A stretch of 64,000 nt of DNA from contig CAWDKY010000016.1 of the NCBI GenBank assembly GCA_963802945.1, forward strand, positions 128,001 through 192,000. Reading direction: 5' to 3'. How positions within the stretch are numbered: the stretch's first letter is position 1; the number at the start of each line of letters is the position of its first letter. The notes beneath the pieces are model-generated. The model saw nothing but the letters and a program-made list of their open reading frames with translations. It was not told the DNA's origin and did no database searches. This document shows, piece by piece, positions 29,867 through 39,993 of this stretch. Source of the stretch: an uncultured delta proteobacterium. GTDB lineage: Bacteria; Desulfobacterota; RBG-13-43-22. Made by a program: the position numbers and the translations under genes.

Positions 29867-31462
29867 ATGTCAAATCAACGACTCAAAGACTTTTTATACC
29901 TTTCTTTCATTTTGTTATTAGGGCTGAGTTTTAGATTGTGGGGTATCCATTGGGGATTCCCTAGAATAGATCTGAATCCCGATGAGCTGAATGTATTAAA
30001 TATTTCTTCACAATTGACATTAAAAGACCTAAACCCTCATTATTATTCTTATTCAGGTCTGACCTTCTATTTGAATTATTTTTCAACGCACCTTCTTGCC
30101 CTATTTCATTTTAATATGGATCTTGTTCCTCGCCTTTTGGTTCAGCGACTCTGGAGTGTATTTTGGGGAACCCTGACCATCTTGCTTTGTTTTTGGTCGG
30201 CCAAGGGATTATTTAATAATAAAAGGGCGGGTTTTATTGCCGCCGTCCTTATGTCCATTCTGCCCTTACATATCTGGGATTCCCATTTTGGTACGACCGA
30301 TATCGGCTTTACCTTTTGGATGGTTTTTGCCTTTTTAATGAGTATCAAGGCCTATAATAAACCCTCAATGAAGTATTTCTTCGTGGGTGGGTTGGTTGTC
30401 GGGTTTGCCATTGGAGTAAAATACAATGGGGCCTTAGCCGGGATTTCTTTCTTATCGGCAGCCCTCCTCGCCTTACTTGAACATCGTATATCCTGGCAAA
30501 AGGCCGTACGATATTTTGGCTTGTCTTCCTTAGGTGCGGTTATCGCTTTTTTTATTTCCTCGCCTTATCTTTTTCTTGATTACCATCATACGATAGCCGG
30601 TTTTTTAACTGAGTATAAACACACCACGGGCAGCGGTCATTTTGGTTTTGATCTTTCGGCTAGGGGATGGCAGTATCACCCTTACATTTATCAGTTATTT
30701 GTTGCCTTCCCTTTCAGTCTAGGTTTTCTTTTATGGATAGCTTCTTTCGCCGGAGTTATTTTTTTTATTTATAAATCCTCTTTGAACAAGATAATTCTGG
30801 GATTATCCTTTGCAGCCCTTTATTTTTTTATCTTTGCCTCCTGGAAGCTTGTCCCCCTTCGCTATTATCTGCCCCTTATACCGATCCTGATTATTATTTC
30901 TTCCTTTCTTTTTGATCAACTGCTGACCAGGAAGACCAAATGGGGATTTATCGTTTTGGTGTTGGTAGCTGCCTATACCTTTGTCTTTTCAGCAACCACT
31001 ACCCATCGTTTTAAACATGATACCCGGCTTGAAGCTGCTTCCTGGGCTGTTCACCACCTTAAGCCCGGTTCGCAGATTTTTCTTGTGGATCCCCACTTTG
31101 GATTTTCTTACTCCCCGTTTTTTAACCCGAAAATTTTTCGTCCGTCGGAAATCTCTCTTCGCGATTTGGAGAGCGGGTTAAATAATCATTCCTTTTCTTC
31201 TGATAGTATTTTTTGTTTAAGCAGTTTAGATTATGGGAGATATTACCGGCTAAAAAAGGATCAAATAGGGATCCGAATTTGGGATTCAATAAGGAACCAC
31301 CCTGAAACATTTCAAAAAATTAATACCTTCGAGAGTTGGTTTCTCAATAAATGGCTGTACATCCAGTTGGATCCCATGTTTGAGGGTTATTTCATCTCCC
31401 CCACCATAGAGTTTTATCAATTGGTTCCTGATAAAGACTCCCCAAGGGCATCTTTATCCTAA
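29867..31462 (+). CDS. GT39/ArnT-like GT-C membrane glycosyltransferase
   Basis: RLWGIHWGFP..NPDE, SHFGTTD, GFAIGVKYNG, RYYLP, DTRLEAASW. Confidence 0.85.
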   Translation: MSNQRLKDFLYLSFILLLGLSFRLWGIHWGFPRIDLNPDELNVLNISSQLTLKDLNPHYYSYSGLTFYLNYFSTHLLALFHFNMDLVPRLLVQRLWSVFWGTLTILLCFWSAKGLFNNKRAGFIAAVLMSILPLHIWDSHFGTTDIGFTFWMVFAFLMSIKAYNKPSMKYFFVGGLVVGFAIGVKYNGALAGISFLSAALLALLEHRISWQKAVRYFGLSSLGAVIAFFISSPYLFLDYHHTIAGFLTEYKHTTGSGHFGFDLSARGWQYHPYIYQLFVAFPFSLGFLLWIASFAGVIFFIYKSSLNKIILGLSFAALYFFIFASWKLVPLRYYLPLIPILIIISSFLFDQLLTRKTKWGFIVLVLVAAYTFVFSATTTHRFKHDTRLEAASWAVHHLKPGSQIFLVDPHFGFSYSPFFNPKIFRPSEISLRDLESGLNNHSFSSDSIFCLSSLDYGRYYRLKKDQIGIRIWDSIRNHPETFQKINTFESWFLNKWLYIQLDPMFEGYFISPTIEFYQLVPDKDSPRASLS

Positions 31463-31466
31463 ATCC

Positions 31467-34400
31467 ATGAATAACGACCTGGCAAAAAAAATAGGGAGGA
31501 AGGGTATAAATGCCGGTATCTCGATGGGCCCTCTGTCCATTTGCCTGATACTCTCCCTAGCTGCCGGGGTGATCTTTACTTGGCCTCTGGTGCCGAATTT
31601 TTTTTCCTCTATTCCTTACACGCTTAAACCCATCCCGGGTTTTGAGCGGGTTCCTTTGATGCCCGGTGATCATCTTCAAACCTATTACTGGTTCTGGTTA
31701 TTTCCGGACAACCTTTGGGGAGGGTCCTCCCTGTTTACCAATCCTTACGAGTTCAACGGCCCAACAGGGCCAATGAGCACGGTCTATGCCAATTTTCCCC
31801 TTTCCCTGCTTTATATCCTCTTTCTGCCTTTCGGGCCCATCGGGGCGTATAACAGTCTGGTCCTCCTTTCTTTTCTATTCAGCGGCCTGGCCATGTTCCT
31901 CCTGGCCCGGACTTGGACCAAAGATTCTTGGGCCTCCCTACTTTCCGGGCTGATCTTTGCCGTGGTCCCATACAGGGTCAGTCACATTGCCGGTGGTCAG
32001 CTTTTCGGTTATGTCATTTTTTTACTGCCTCTTTGCCTCTATTTTGTAGAACTGACCTTGGAGAAGAAGCGTTTTATCTATGGGGGGGCGGCAGGGTTGT
32101 GTATAATTCTCACGTCTTTCATGGAACATCATACTACTTTTTTAACGGCTTTGACCTTAGGGCTGTATTTACCCAGCCGCATCCTGCTTATTCGACCTTT
32201 TCTTTTGGTTCAAAGAGGGAAAACCAAACCCCTTTGGCCTGGATTGCTGGGGGCTTTAATCGGCGGCCTGGCTTTTTCCTGTTTCCTCTGGATATGGTTA
32301 GGCAAAAAATCCGACCTTCCTTTCTGGCATATGGATATGATCCAGCCCTTGATTCTGGGTACGTTAGCTGCCCTTTTGGCCTGGTTTTATGTGTCCGCCT
32401 TATTGGCTCGAATAACTGTTCTCTCTTTTAGTGAGGCTCGACATTGGGTTGGAAAAGGATTTTTTCTTTTTACCCCTTCGTTGCTTTATTTATTGAAATA
32501 CCGGCTGGAAATCCCCCGTCTCGGCTTGCTCCTGCCTTTGTTTTGTTTCATCTTATTCTCAATTTATCTGATTAGTCTCTTCTTAAAGCAAAGAGATCGG
32601 TTCTTGATGTTCAACCGGCCTCAAATTGTTGCCGTTTTCTTAGGGGTCGGAATGGGCCTGGCTATCGCTTCAGTTTATTTGATGCATATCAGGACCACTG
32701 TTTTATTACCCTCGATAGCCGGCAAAGGACGGACCATCACTGAAGTCCTTCTCTTTTCCCCCAAAATAGGCAACCTTTTCTTTTGGCAAGATATCAACTA
32801 TGAACGATTCGTTATTTTAGGTTGGGGGTTGATTGTTTTGGCCGCTTTTGGACTGGTTCCTCTTTTTAGAGGCAACCCCAATAACCCTGGAAAATTGGCC
32901 TTAGCCGGGATCTTGGCTTTTTTGGCTGTTCTTCTGACCGTTGGCCCGACATTGAACTATTTCCCTCTCTATCAAACCTTGTACCGATATTTTCCTTTTT
33001 TCAATTACCCGAGAGCACCCGGCCGGTTTGTTATGGTGGGTTTTATTTTCCTTTGTTTGTTGGCGGCGATGGCCTTGGCTGGTATACGGGAATGGCTGGC
33101 GGCGAAAGGGTGGGGCCGCCTTAGACAATGGCTACCCCTATTGATCATCTCTTTGGTCTTGGCCGAATATCATACTTATCAACCTATGGGACTCTCCCTT
33201 ATGACAAGGGACAATCGGATCTATAAGCAGATCGAGAAAGATTCGACCAAGGGAGGAAGGGTGCTGGAACTTCCTATTTGGCCGGGTGATTCCCATCAAT
33301 CTTCTGCCTATGAATACACCGTCACCAGGACCCGGAAGCCCATGATAAACGGCTACGCCCCGGTGGTATTCCGGGATTATATTCAACAAGTCTTTTGGCC
33401 ACTATATCCCCTTGATTTTGGGGAACTAAGAATTGAGCAGATCAAAGAATTAAAAAAACTCAAGGCAGATTTGATTACCTTTCATGATAATGCCCAGATT
33501 TATACCGAGAAGGTCAGCCCATTTCCGCCACGTTTGGCCCTGAAACGATTGATGAACTCTTCTGGATTGGAATTCTTGTCTCAAGATCAGGATATATACC
33601 TTTTCAAGTTCAATCCTCAATTTCAGAGAGCACCTTCGAATCATGAAAATCCTTCCCAACCCTCTTTATTAGAGGGTTGGGTGGAAAGCTCTCCTTTGAC
33701 CAAGGGGGATAGAGGGAGATTTAAAAATGGATCCTTCATCACCTCTCCGGTTTCGGCTGTTTTTTATGCCAACCATTTGTCCCAAGAAACCGGTAGGGTT
33801 GAGATGGATCCATCCGCTTCGGGCTATTATCTGCTGATGGACGAGAGACAATTAAATCAAGGACGGCTCATTCCCCGCCCTAGAGTGGGGGGCAATGTGG
33901 CTGTAAGTATTCCCGGACAGGACCCCCCTGGATATTTAATTAATGGCGCACACCGGTATTTTCCGGCAGGAAAATATCGAGCCAGGTTTCGTCTCAAAGC
34001 CGAGCAGTCCTCTCCAAGGGAAGAAATCGGACGCCTGGAAATCATCGAAAATCGTTCCAATATCATCACCCAAAAACCCCTTTTGGGAAAAGATTTCACG
34101 ACTGCTGAGACCTGGCAGGACATTCCTTTGGAATTTGAGATCACCCAAGCTAAGGATATTGGTTTTCGGATCTTTTTTTCAGGAAAGGCCCCGCTATATT
34201 TTAATTTGGCCATCATTGGGTTTTCCGATCAGATCAACGGGCCAGGATCAGTGGAAGCTGAGGATTTACTACGGCAGACTGGGACGGTGGTCTCCGATCC
34301 TTTGGCCTCAGGCAAGGAGGCGGTATTCGGGAAGGCTGGATTCCATCCGCCGATTTATCTGTGTTATGGACCTTATCGGACCCTTAAACCAGGGAGCTAC

Positions 34401-34679
34401 CAGGCTATTTTTTCCCTTCGGTTAAAAGATCTTTCCCCCCTCTCCGAGGAAACCAAAGTGGCCTTATTGGAAGTAGCCACAGATATGGGGAAGCGCATCT
34501 TCGGCCATCGGCTGGTCAAAGTTCAGGATCTGCGGACCGATGAATATCTGCCCATTGCAGTGGACTTTAACGTTCCTTTTCGTTGTGAGTTGGGTTATCG
34601 GGTTAAATTTTTAGGCCGGGCCGATCTGTTGGTGGATAGGGTGTCTATAAAGGCATTTAAGAAAGGACAAGAGCAATAG
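31467..34679 (+). CDS. Large GT-C-like (YfhO-like) membrane protein with two C-terminal CBM-like domains
   Basis: PGDHLQ..W.WL, GLAMFLLAR, AVVPYR, RAPGRF, VLELP, MINGY. C-terminal G.Y...PG.Y.A.F.L repeats. Confidence 0.72.
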   Translation: MNNDLAKKIGRKGINAGISMGPLSICLILSLAAGVIFTWPLVPNFFSSIPYTLKPIPGFERVPLMPGDHLQTYYWFWLFPDNLWGGSSLFTNPYEFNGPTGPMSTVYANFPLSLLYILFLPFGPIGAYNSLVLLSFLFSGLAMFLLARTWTKDSWASLLSGLIFAVVPYRVSHIAGGQLFGYVIFLLPLCLYFVELTLEKKRFIYGGAAGLCIILTSFMEHHTTFLTALTLGLYLPSRILLIRPFLLVQRGKTKPLWPGLLGALIGGLAFSCFLWIWLGKKSDLPFWHMDMIQPLILGTLAALLAWFYVSALLARITVLSFSEARHWVGKGFFLFTPSLLYLLKYRLEIPRLGLLLPLFCFILFSIYLISLFLKQRDRFLMFNRPQIVAVFLGVGMGLAIASVYLMHIRTTVLLPSIAGKGRTITEVLLFSPKIGNLFFWQDINYERFVILGWGLIVLAAFGLVPLFRGNPNNPGKLALAGILAFLAVLLTVGPTLNYFPLYQTLYRYFPFFNYPRAPGRFVMVGFIFLCLLAAMALAGIREWLAAKGWGRLRQWLPLLIISLVLAEYHTYQPMGLSLMTRDNRIYKQIEKDSTKGGRVLELPIWPGDSHQSSAYEYTVTRTRKPMINGYAPVVFRDYIQQVFWPLYPLDFGELRIEQIKELKKLKADLITFHDNAQIYTEKVSPFPPRLALKRLMNSSGLEFLSQDQDIYLFKFNPQFQRAPSNHENPSQPSLLEGWVESSPLTKGDRGRFKNGSFITSPVSAVFYANHLSQETGRVEMDPSASGYYLLMDERQLNQGRLIPRPRVGGNVAVSIPGQDPPGYLINGAHRYFPAGKYRARFRLKAEQSSPREEIGRLEIIENRSNIITQKPLLGKDFTTAETWQDIPLEFEITQAKDIGFRIFFSGKAPLYFNLAIIGFSDQINGPGSVEAEDLLRQTGTVVSDPLASGKEAVFGKAGFHPPIYLCYGPYRTLKPGSYQAIFSLRLKDLSPLSEETKVALLEVATDMGKRIFGHRLVKVQDLRTDEYLPIAVDFNVPFRCELGYRVKFLGRADLLVDRVSIKAFKKGQEQ
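33645..33722. repeat. Palindromic element in frame within the 1070-aa gene
   Basis: Perfect 11-bp stem cccaaccctct/agagggttggg (33655-33681) plus a second ctccttt...aaggggg arm. Encodes ENPSQPSLLEGWVESSPLTKGDRGRF. Confidence 0.7.
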
Positions 34680-34758
34680 ATTCGGGCACTCCCTGTCAAG
34701 AAGAACACCCGGACCTTATAAGGTAAATATTCCTTTACGAGATTAACAGGAGTAATCC

Positions 34759-36573
34759 TTGGATAAAAAAGACCTTAAGGCCCTAATTGGCCAATATGCC
34801 TCTGAACCCTTGCCCCCATGGGAAGAACATTACTTGGACTATCATGCTGCCCGTTATCTGGATACCCTGGCAATCCTAGGCCCGGGTCAAGGACAGCGGC
34901 TTTTGGATGTAGGGGCTTTTCCGGGCCATATTACAGTGGCTGCCCACCATTTAGGTTTTCAGGTGGATGGGCTTACAGGCAGGGCTGAAAGCACCCCCAG
35001 CTTACAAATGATTGTTGATCGACTTGGTCGACATAATATCCCCGTGGCCCTTGCCGATGTTGAATCCGAACCTTTCCCTTTTGCTGATGAATCCTTTGAT
35101 GTGGTTCTGGCCTTAGAAATCATTGAACACCTTCATTTTAATCCTTTTCGATTGTTTCGAGAAGCCTTTCGAGTTCTTAAACCCAAAGGGCGGATACTAC
35201 TGTCCACCCCCAACTTGGCCCGCTTAGAAAATCATTTACGTCTTTTGGGCGGCCGATCTATACACTCGGATCTTAAGGGTCGGTTTTATGAGGTCTTCAG
35301 TTCAATCCTCTCAGCCCGACATGTCCGCGAATATACCGCTCACGAGCTGACGTATATGCTGGAATGGCAAAACAAAGAGATGTACCGTTTTGAAAAGGCA
35401 AGGATCTTTTATTCCGCATGTTTGGACCCTTCCTATTCTTGGCCTCGCTTGGCTAGGCTGATCAGTCGCTTTTGGCCTAGATTTCGATCCACCCTGCTGG
35501 TCGAAGCCTTGCGTCCCAGCCAGATGAAACTAATCCACCCGGAGGAGTTGGAACCCGTTCAAGGTTTTTATGCGGTTGAAAAACAGATGCCCGATATGGA
35601 AGGCATTGCCCAGATGCTGACCACCCTTTTTCGTTGGACCGGAGGGAGGGCTGAAATAAGCCTGCCAGCCAGCGAGGCCCCCTACCAGGTTTTTTACCTC
35701 AACCTGGTCTACTTGGTACCTTGGAGCCTTCCCCCTGGCTATTGGGATATCACGGTGGGCGGAAAGCCTGTGAGCCAGATTTGCCTGGCTCCAGATCGTA
35801 TGTTCACTCAACTCCGGCTTGTCCTGTCCCACGATCTGGCTCGCCAGGGGCGCTTTCCCTTGTGTATTTCCGGAAAGACTTGGCGACCCAGGGATCATCA
35901 GGGAACCGATGATTATGAATTCTCAATTAATGACGACCGTGACCTGGGCTTAGTGGTAGGATGGGATGGATTTCTGAGGGTGGATTGTGATAGTTATGAA
36001 GCACTTCTAGCCTTAGCCCGACGGGAATCTAGTCTAATGGAACAATATGAGAATAATCAGGCAATCAACTGGCGTAAGTATGATGACCGGTGGAGTCATT
36101 TTAAAACTCTTTATTTGCTCCAGGCTGATTTTAAACCAGTTCTACCTATGGGTAAGAAGGACTGGCGTCAGCTCGGCCAAGGGTGGTATTTCTTGGAAAA
36201 CTGGAATGAAGGCCCGATACGGTGGACCAGTCGGTATGCTGAGGCTTATCTTAGTGCTAAACTCGGCTCCCGGCATCTCCGTTTAAGGGTCTTTAGCGGG
36301 GAGTCTCGTTTAGGAACTCGCATTACAGGAACCCTGAAAATTGCCTTCAGCCAAGACCGATTTTCATTTATTCCCATAGCGGAAGACCCCTTTGAACTCC
36401 CTGCCGGGATTTGGACTGATTTGGGTGTGAAATTTCCACAAAAAATTCCTGCTCCGGGAATAATTCGACTGGTCCTTCAAACCGACCAATCTCGATCGCC
36501 TGCACGTCTTATCGCCGGTTCTACGGATACTCGGGAACTGGGTCTAGCGGTGGCCGGGATGGCTGTCAGATAA
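34759..36573 (+). CDS. Class I SAM methyltransferase with two C-terminal beta-sandwich-like domains
   Basis: LLDVGAFPG, FDVVLALEIIEHL, RVLKPKGRILLSTPN, HVREYT. Repeated G[FW]Y..E....RWT...DxR.LG domains. Confidence 0.82.
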   Translation: MDKKDLKALIGQYASEPLPPWEEHYLDYHAARYLDTLAILGPGQGQRLLDVGAFPGHITVAAHHLGFQVDGLTGRAESTPSLQMIVDRLGRHNIPVALADVESEPFPFADESFDVVLALEIIEHLHFNPFRLFREAFRVLKPKGRILLSTPNLARLENHLRLLGGRSIHSDLKGRFYEVFSSILSARHVREYTAHELTYMLEWQNKEMYRFEKARIFYSACLDPSYSWPRLARLISRFWPRFRSTLLVEALRPSQMKLIHPEELEPVQGFYAVEKQMPDMEGIAQMLTTLFRWTGGRAEISLPASEAPYQVFYLNLVYLVPWSLPPGYWDITVGGKPVSQICLAPDRMFTQLRLVLSHDLARQGRFPLCISGKTWRPRDHQGTDDYEFSINDDRDLGLVVGWDGFLRVDCDSYEALLALARRESSLMEQYENNQAINWRKYDDRWSHFKTLYLLQADFKPVLPMGKKDWRQLGQGWYFLENWNEGPIRWTSRYAEAYLSAKLGSRHLRLRVFSGESRLGTRITGTLKIAFSQDRFSFIPIAEDPFELPAGIWTDLGVKFPQKIPAPGIIRLVLQTDQSRSPARLIAGSTDTRELGLAVAGMAVR

Positions 36574-36685
36574 GGATCGGGAAATTTTGACAGACAATTT
36601 TCGGGGAATTTACTTTTTCCAATGGAAATCCCTTCGAAAATTTATTATATTAACAAAATAAATTTATTAAGTCAGGAAGGCGGTT

Positions 36686-37528
36686 ATGAAACGTTTTCTA
36701 TTTATTATTATTTCTTTATTTCTTTTTTCTCCGGCGATAAGTCATGGAGAGACCACCCAAAAAGAAATACCCAAAATTGAAGAAGCTCAGGATGAAGCAC
36801 CAAAAGTTGAAGTCTCGAAGGTTGAAACGAGAACACGAGAATGGGGAGTGGCCTTAGGGTTCCGTTCAACCTATTTTGGAATGACACAAAATACCGGGGA
36901 AATATTCGGAAATATAAATTTGTTAAAAGAAAGTCAGAATTATTGGCCGATCAAGCCAATGGTCCAAGTCAATTTTTTAAAGTATTGGGCCCTTGAATTC
37001 GGCTATGATCAATTCAAAGCCACTGCTTTGTGTAAAGGGTTGTTTGGGTTCGCTAACGAAGACCCAAACTGGGCCGATGGGGCCGTTAAATGGAAGCCGA
37101 TCACGATGGCCTTACAGTTTCGGTGGCCTCATTTTCATAAATCCGTTGTCCCCTATGTTTTAGGGGGAATCAGTTACACTATAACTTCATGGGATCGCAA
37201 CGAATGGTATTATTACGGGTTTCCAAGCCTGGCTGAATATAACACTTGGATAAGTCAAGGCAATAGGCCTGAAGATTATCCAAACAACGGATACCGTCGT
37301 ATCTTTGAGACGGATGGCTATACTATCGGGACAGTGTTAGGCGTTGGGGTGGATTATTTTATATGGAAAAATTGGGCTTTAAATCTGGATTGGCGATACA
37401 ACTGGTCCCAGGTCAATTTTAAATATACACTTGCTTACGGTGGTGGGGCGGATGTGGTTCGGGTTGAGCACGGGACCTTTGTCCTGGATTCCTGGATCCT
37501 TGGCTTAGGTATAAAGTATTTTTTTTAA
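36686..37528 (+). CDS. OmpW-like outer-membrane beta-barrel protein
   Basis: Signal peptide, amphipathic strands, VVPYVLGG, GVDYFI, C-terminal LGLGIKYFF. Confidence 0.78.
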   Translation: MKRFLFIIISLFLFSPAISHGETTQKEIPKIEEAQDEAPKVEVSKVETRTREWGVALGFRSTYFGMTQNTGEIFGNINLLKESQNYWPIKPMVQVNFLKYWALEFGYDQFKATALCKGLFGFANEDPNWADGAVKWKPITMALQFRWPHFHKSVVPYVLGGISYTITSWDRNEWYYYGFPSLAEYNTWISQGNRPEDYPNNGYRRIFETDGYTIGTVLGVGVDYFIWKNWALNLDWRYNWSQVNFKYTLAYGGGADVVRVEHGTFVLDSWILGLGIKYFF

Positions 37529-37684
37529 ACAAGGATAGCACTCAATAAGCCAAAAAATGTCATTCGTCGGCAACCCAGCCTAATTTTATCGCGCTTGTCG
37601 CGCTTCGGGGTTTTTTAAAGTCTAATCCAAGATGCTGAAATAAAGATATATGCAAAAACAATCTCTTTTTAAATTTAACTTGTA

Positions 37685-37800
37685 ATTCCCCGGAGCTTGC
37701 TACGGGGCACCAAAAAGGATGAGTTCGAGAACCCCTTGATTTTTCAATTAAAAAAAATTTACCATTCGAACCCCGAGGCTTGCTGTGGGAGTTTCATCCC
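37685..37800. mobile_element. Non-autonomous IS200/IS605-type remnant (PATE-like): two related hairpins and no ORF
   Basis: ccccggagcttgctacgggg (37688-37707) and ccccgaggcttgctgtgggagtttca (37771-37796). Confidence 0.5.
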
Positions 37801-37951
37801 ACTATAAGGCTTTCCGACCTGATCACCTAGAACTAATCAAACCTGAGAAGATTGAAGCCGAGGGTTTCTATGAACTGGAAGAGCACGATGCCTGAATGGA
37901 AAGTACCGGCGGGGTTCTGTCCACGTATCACTCCCCCGATTTTCAAGACTT

Positions 37952-39961
37952 TTACTTAATGGCTGAAAGCGGTTTTCCGGAGGTAATTGAACGGAATAAC
38001 TGTTCGGCCATTATTTGATGGGTTTTAATGTTGGGATGGGCATCAAAGGGGCTGCACCAAGTCTTGATATTTTTCAAGTAGGGGAGTAAATCAACGACTT
38101 CTATTCCATAATCAACAGGCAACTGGATATAATCAAACCAGAGGTTTCCTTGGCCTAAATAATCGACCTGGAATTGGACCTGTTCATTTAAAGGTTTATT
38201 CATGAAAAAGGATAACATAATATCATACCAATCCCCATTTTTCTTGAAATCTTTTTTCGTCGGTTTCTTTTCTGATAGTAAGTGATCCCCGGCCATTACC
38301 TTAATATTTATCATTGGCTTTTTATCGAGTAGACTCCCTCTTAATCGAAACATGACCTGATGTTTTCCTTTTTCCAAATAAACCTTGGGAGTTGAAATGA
38401 TATTGCCCACGGGGGTTTTCTCCTGAGTAACATAAAGCGCTCTTCCCAGATAAGAACTAGGATCACGGACATCCTCTCCTCTTCCTTTTGAGGTCCAAGC
38501 GGCCGGAAAGGTTAACATGTTCGGAGAGGAAATCCTCTTCATCCGATCATTGATTGGTTTAAAAGGATATTCCCCTTTGTAGGGCAGACAAGGGTAAAGC
38601 AGAAGGATCCTTTTTTTAGAATAACACTTGGCTAACGTGGCCCAATCGTGGAACGTCAAACGGAACAAAAACCATCCTGGTGTCTTTTCGTCATAATCCT
38701 CTAAATAATATTGAGTATATGTGCGGTTCAAGGGTGGAAGGATAGTATCCAATTTATAATTCAGAAAATAATAAAGGTAAGAGCGTCTCATTAAAAACTG
38801 GTGAGTGGGAAAACCCTGCCAGAAACGTAGCCTGTATCCAGGATTGCTGTCGGGCCTGTTTTCCTTGTTTATTTCGAGATCGTTAATATACCATTCATAG
38901 ATGAGTATGTCCGGTTGTAGCCGTGATCCTATTTGGGCCAGGATGAAAAGATGGGAATCGATTTCCCACCCCGGATAGGTCCGGGTCTCCATATCATATT
39001 GGATATTTTTTCGGTTAAGGAGTTGCAAGAGTCGGAAGGGATAGGTGTCTTTCCAATCCCGCACCCCGACTCCCCAAGTAATTGAATCTCCCTGGATCAA
39101 TATCCTGGTAAGACCTGATCCTATAGGTTTTTTAAATACTGGTCCTCGATTCGTAAATGCCGGTCCTCGATCCCCCCCATTGGAGAGAAGATATTCGAAG
39201 GCCTTATTTCCTGGAGCTCCGGAAGTTTTCCTTCCTCCATCCCAAAAAACAATCCGAATAAAAAGTTCTCCCGCGACCAAAGATAATATTAATGAGAAAG
39301 AAATTAAGATAGCCCAGCGACGAAAAAACACAACTAACCAAATTATTAAAAGTCCCAGGGACCCCAGAAGACAAAAATTCTTCCCCCAAGAAACAATATC
39401 CAACCAGGTCTCGATGTTTCCAAGTTCCAGATAGGACAATTCATTTGTACTCATGAAGCAATAGTCGGCCTGGCCTGGCTCTGCTACTTCTATCTTGAGC
39501 CATCCCTGGTTAAGAATATTGTTAAGGTGTAATTCCAAAAAATGTGGGCCAGACGACAACCATCGTTTGGTTTCCCCAACATTATGGGAGCTGCTGCCGA
39601 TTAAGGTGATAATGGGGTGGTTATCAATTGAAATTTTTCCATTATCATTGCAGGTTAATCTTATATGGTAAAGACCTTCCTTAGGGACTTGCCAGATTGC
39701 ATAGGCGGTAAGAGAAGTGTCTGGTTTGTCTAAAAACAGAAAGGTGTTATCAACTCTATAGGGGGCATAAGACTCAACCCTCAGTTGGTGCTTTCCCGGT
39801 CGGGCGTGGGGAAGGAGGATTACATGCCAGACCATGGGCCAGAAAGCTAAGTAGAAGAGGAACAAAAACAGGGCTCCCCCTAAAAGAAAATAGTGGGAGA
39901 AGTTTTTTTTTCTAACCATACTTGCTGAGGCAACCTGTAGATCTCGAACCATTACATTCAT
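37952..39961 (-). CDS. PA14 + SGNH/GDSL hydrolase/acyltransferase + CBM-like domain membrane protein
   Basis: N-terminal PA14 cassette, QGDSITWG, YIND, C-terminal DAHPN. Start placed at ATG 39961 because the longer ORF overlaps a DUF5989 remnant. Confidence 0.82.
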   Translation of the reverse strand: MNVMVRDLQVASASMVRKKNFSHYFLLGGALFLFLFYLAFWPMVWHVILLPHARPGKHQLRVESYAPYRVDNTFLFLDKPDTSLTAYAIWQVPKEGLYHIRLTCNDNGKISIDNHPIITLIGSSSHNVGETKRWLSSGPHFLELHLNNILNQGWLKIEVAEPGQADYCFMSTNELSYLELGNIETWLDIVSWGKNFCLLGSLGLLIIWLVVFFRRWAILISFSLILSLVAGELFIRIVFWDGGRKTSGAPGNKAFEYLLSNGGDRGPAFTNRGPVFKKPIGSGLTRILIQGDSITWGVGVRDWKDTYPFRLLQLLNRKNIQYDMETRTYPGWEIDSHLFILAQIGSRLQPDILIYEWYINDLEINKENRPDSNPGYRLRFWQGFPTHQFLMRRSYLYYFLNYKLDTILPPLNRTYTQYYLEDYDEKTPGWFLFRLTFHDWATLAKCYSKKRILLLYPCLPYKGEYPFKPINDRMKRISSPNMLTFPAAWTSKGRGEDVRDPSSYLGRALYVTQEKTPVGNIISTPKVYLEKGKHQVMFRLRGSLLDKKPMINIKVMAGDHLLSEKKPTKKDFKKNGDWYDIMLSFFMNKPLNEQVQFQVDYLGQGNLWFDYIQLPVDYGIEVVDLLPYLKNIKTWCSPFDAHPNIKTHQIMAEQLFRSITSGKPLSAIK

Positions 39962-39993
39962 TCCGTTTTTGCTTTTTGTTTGGGGAAAATTCG

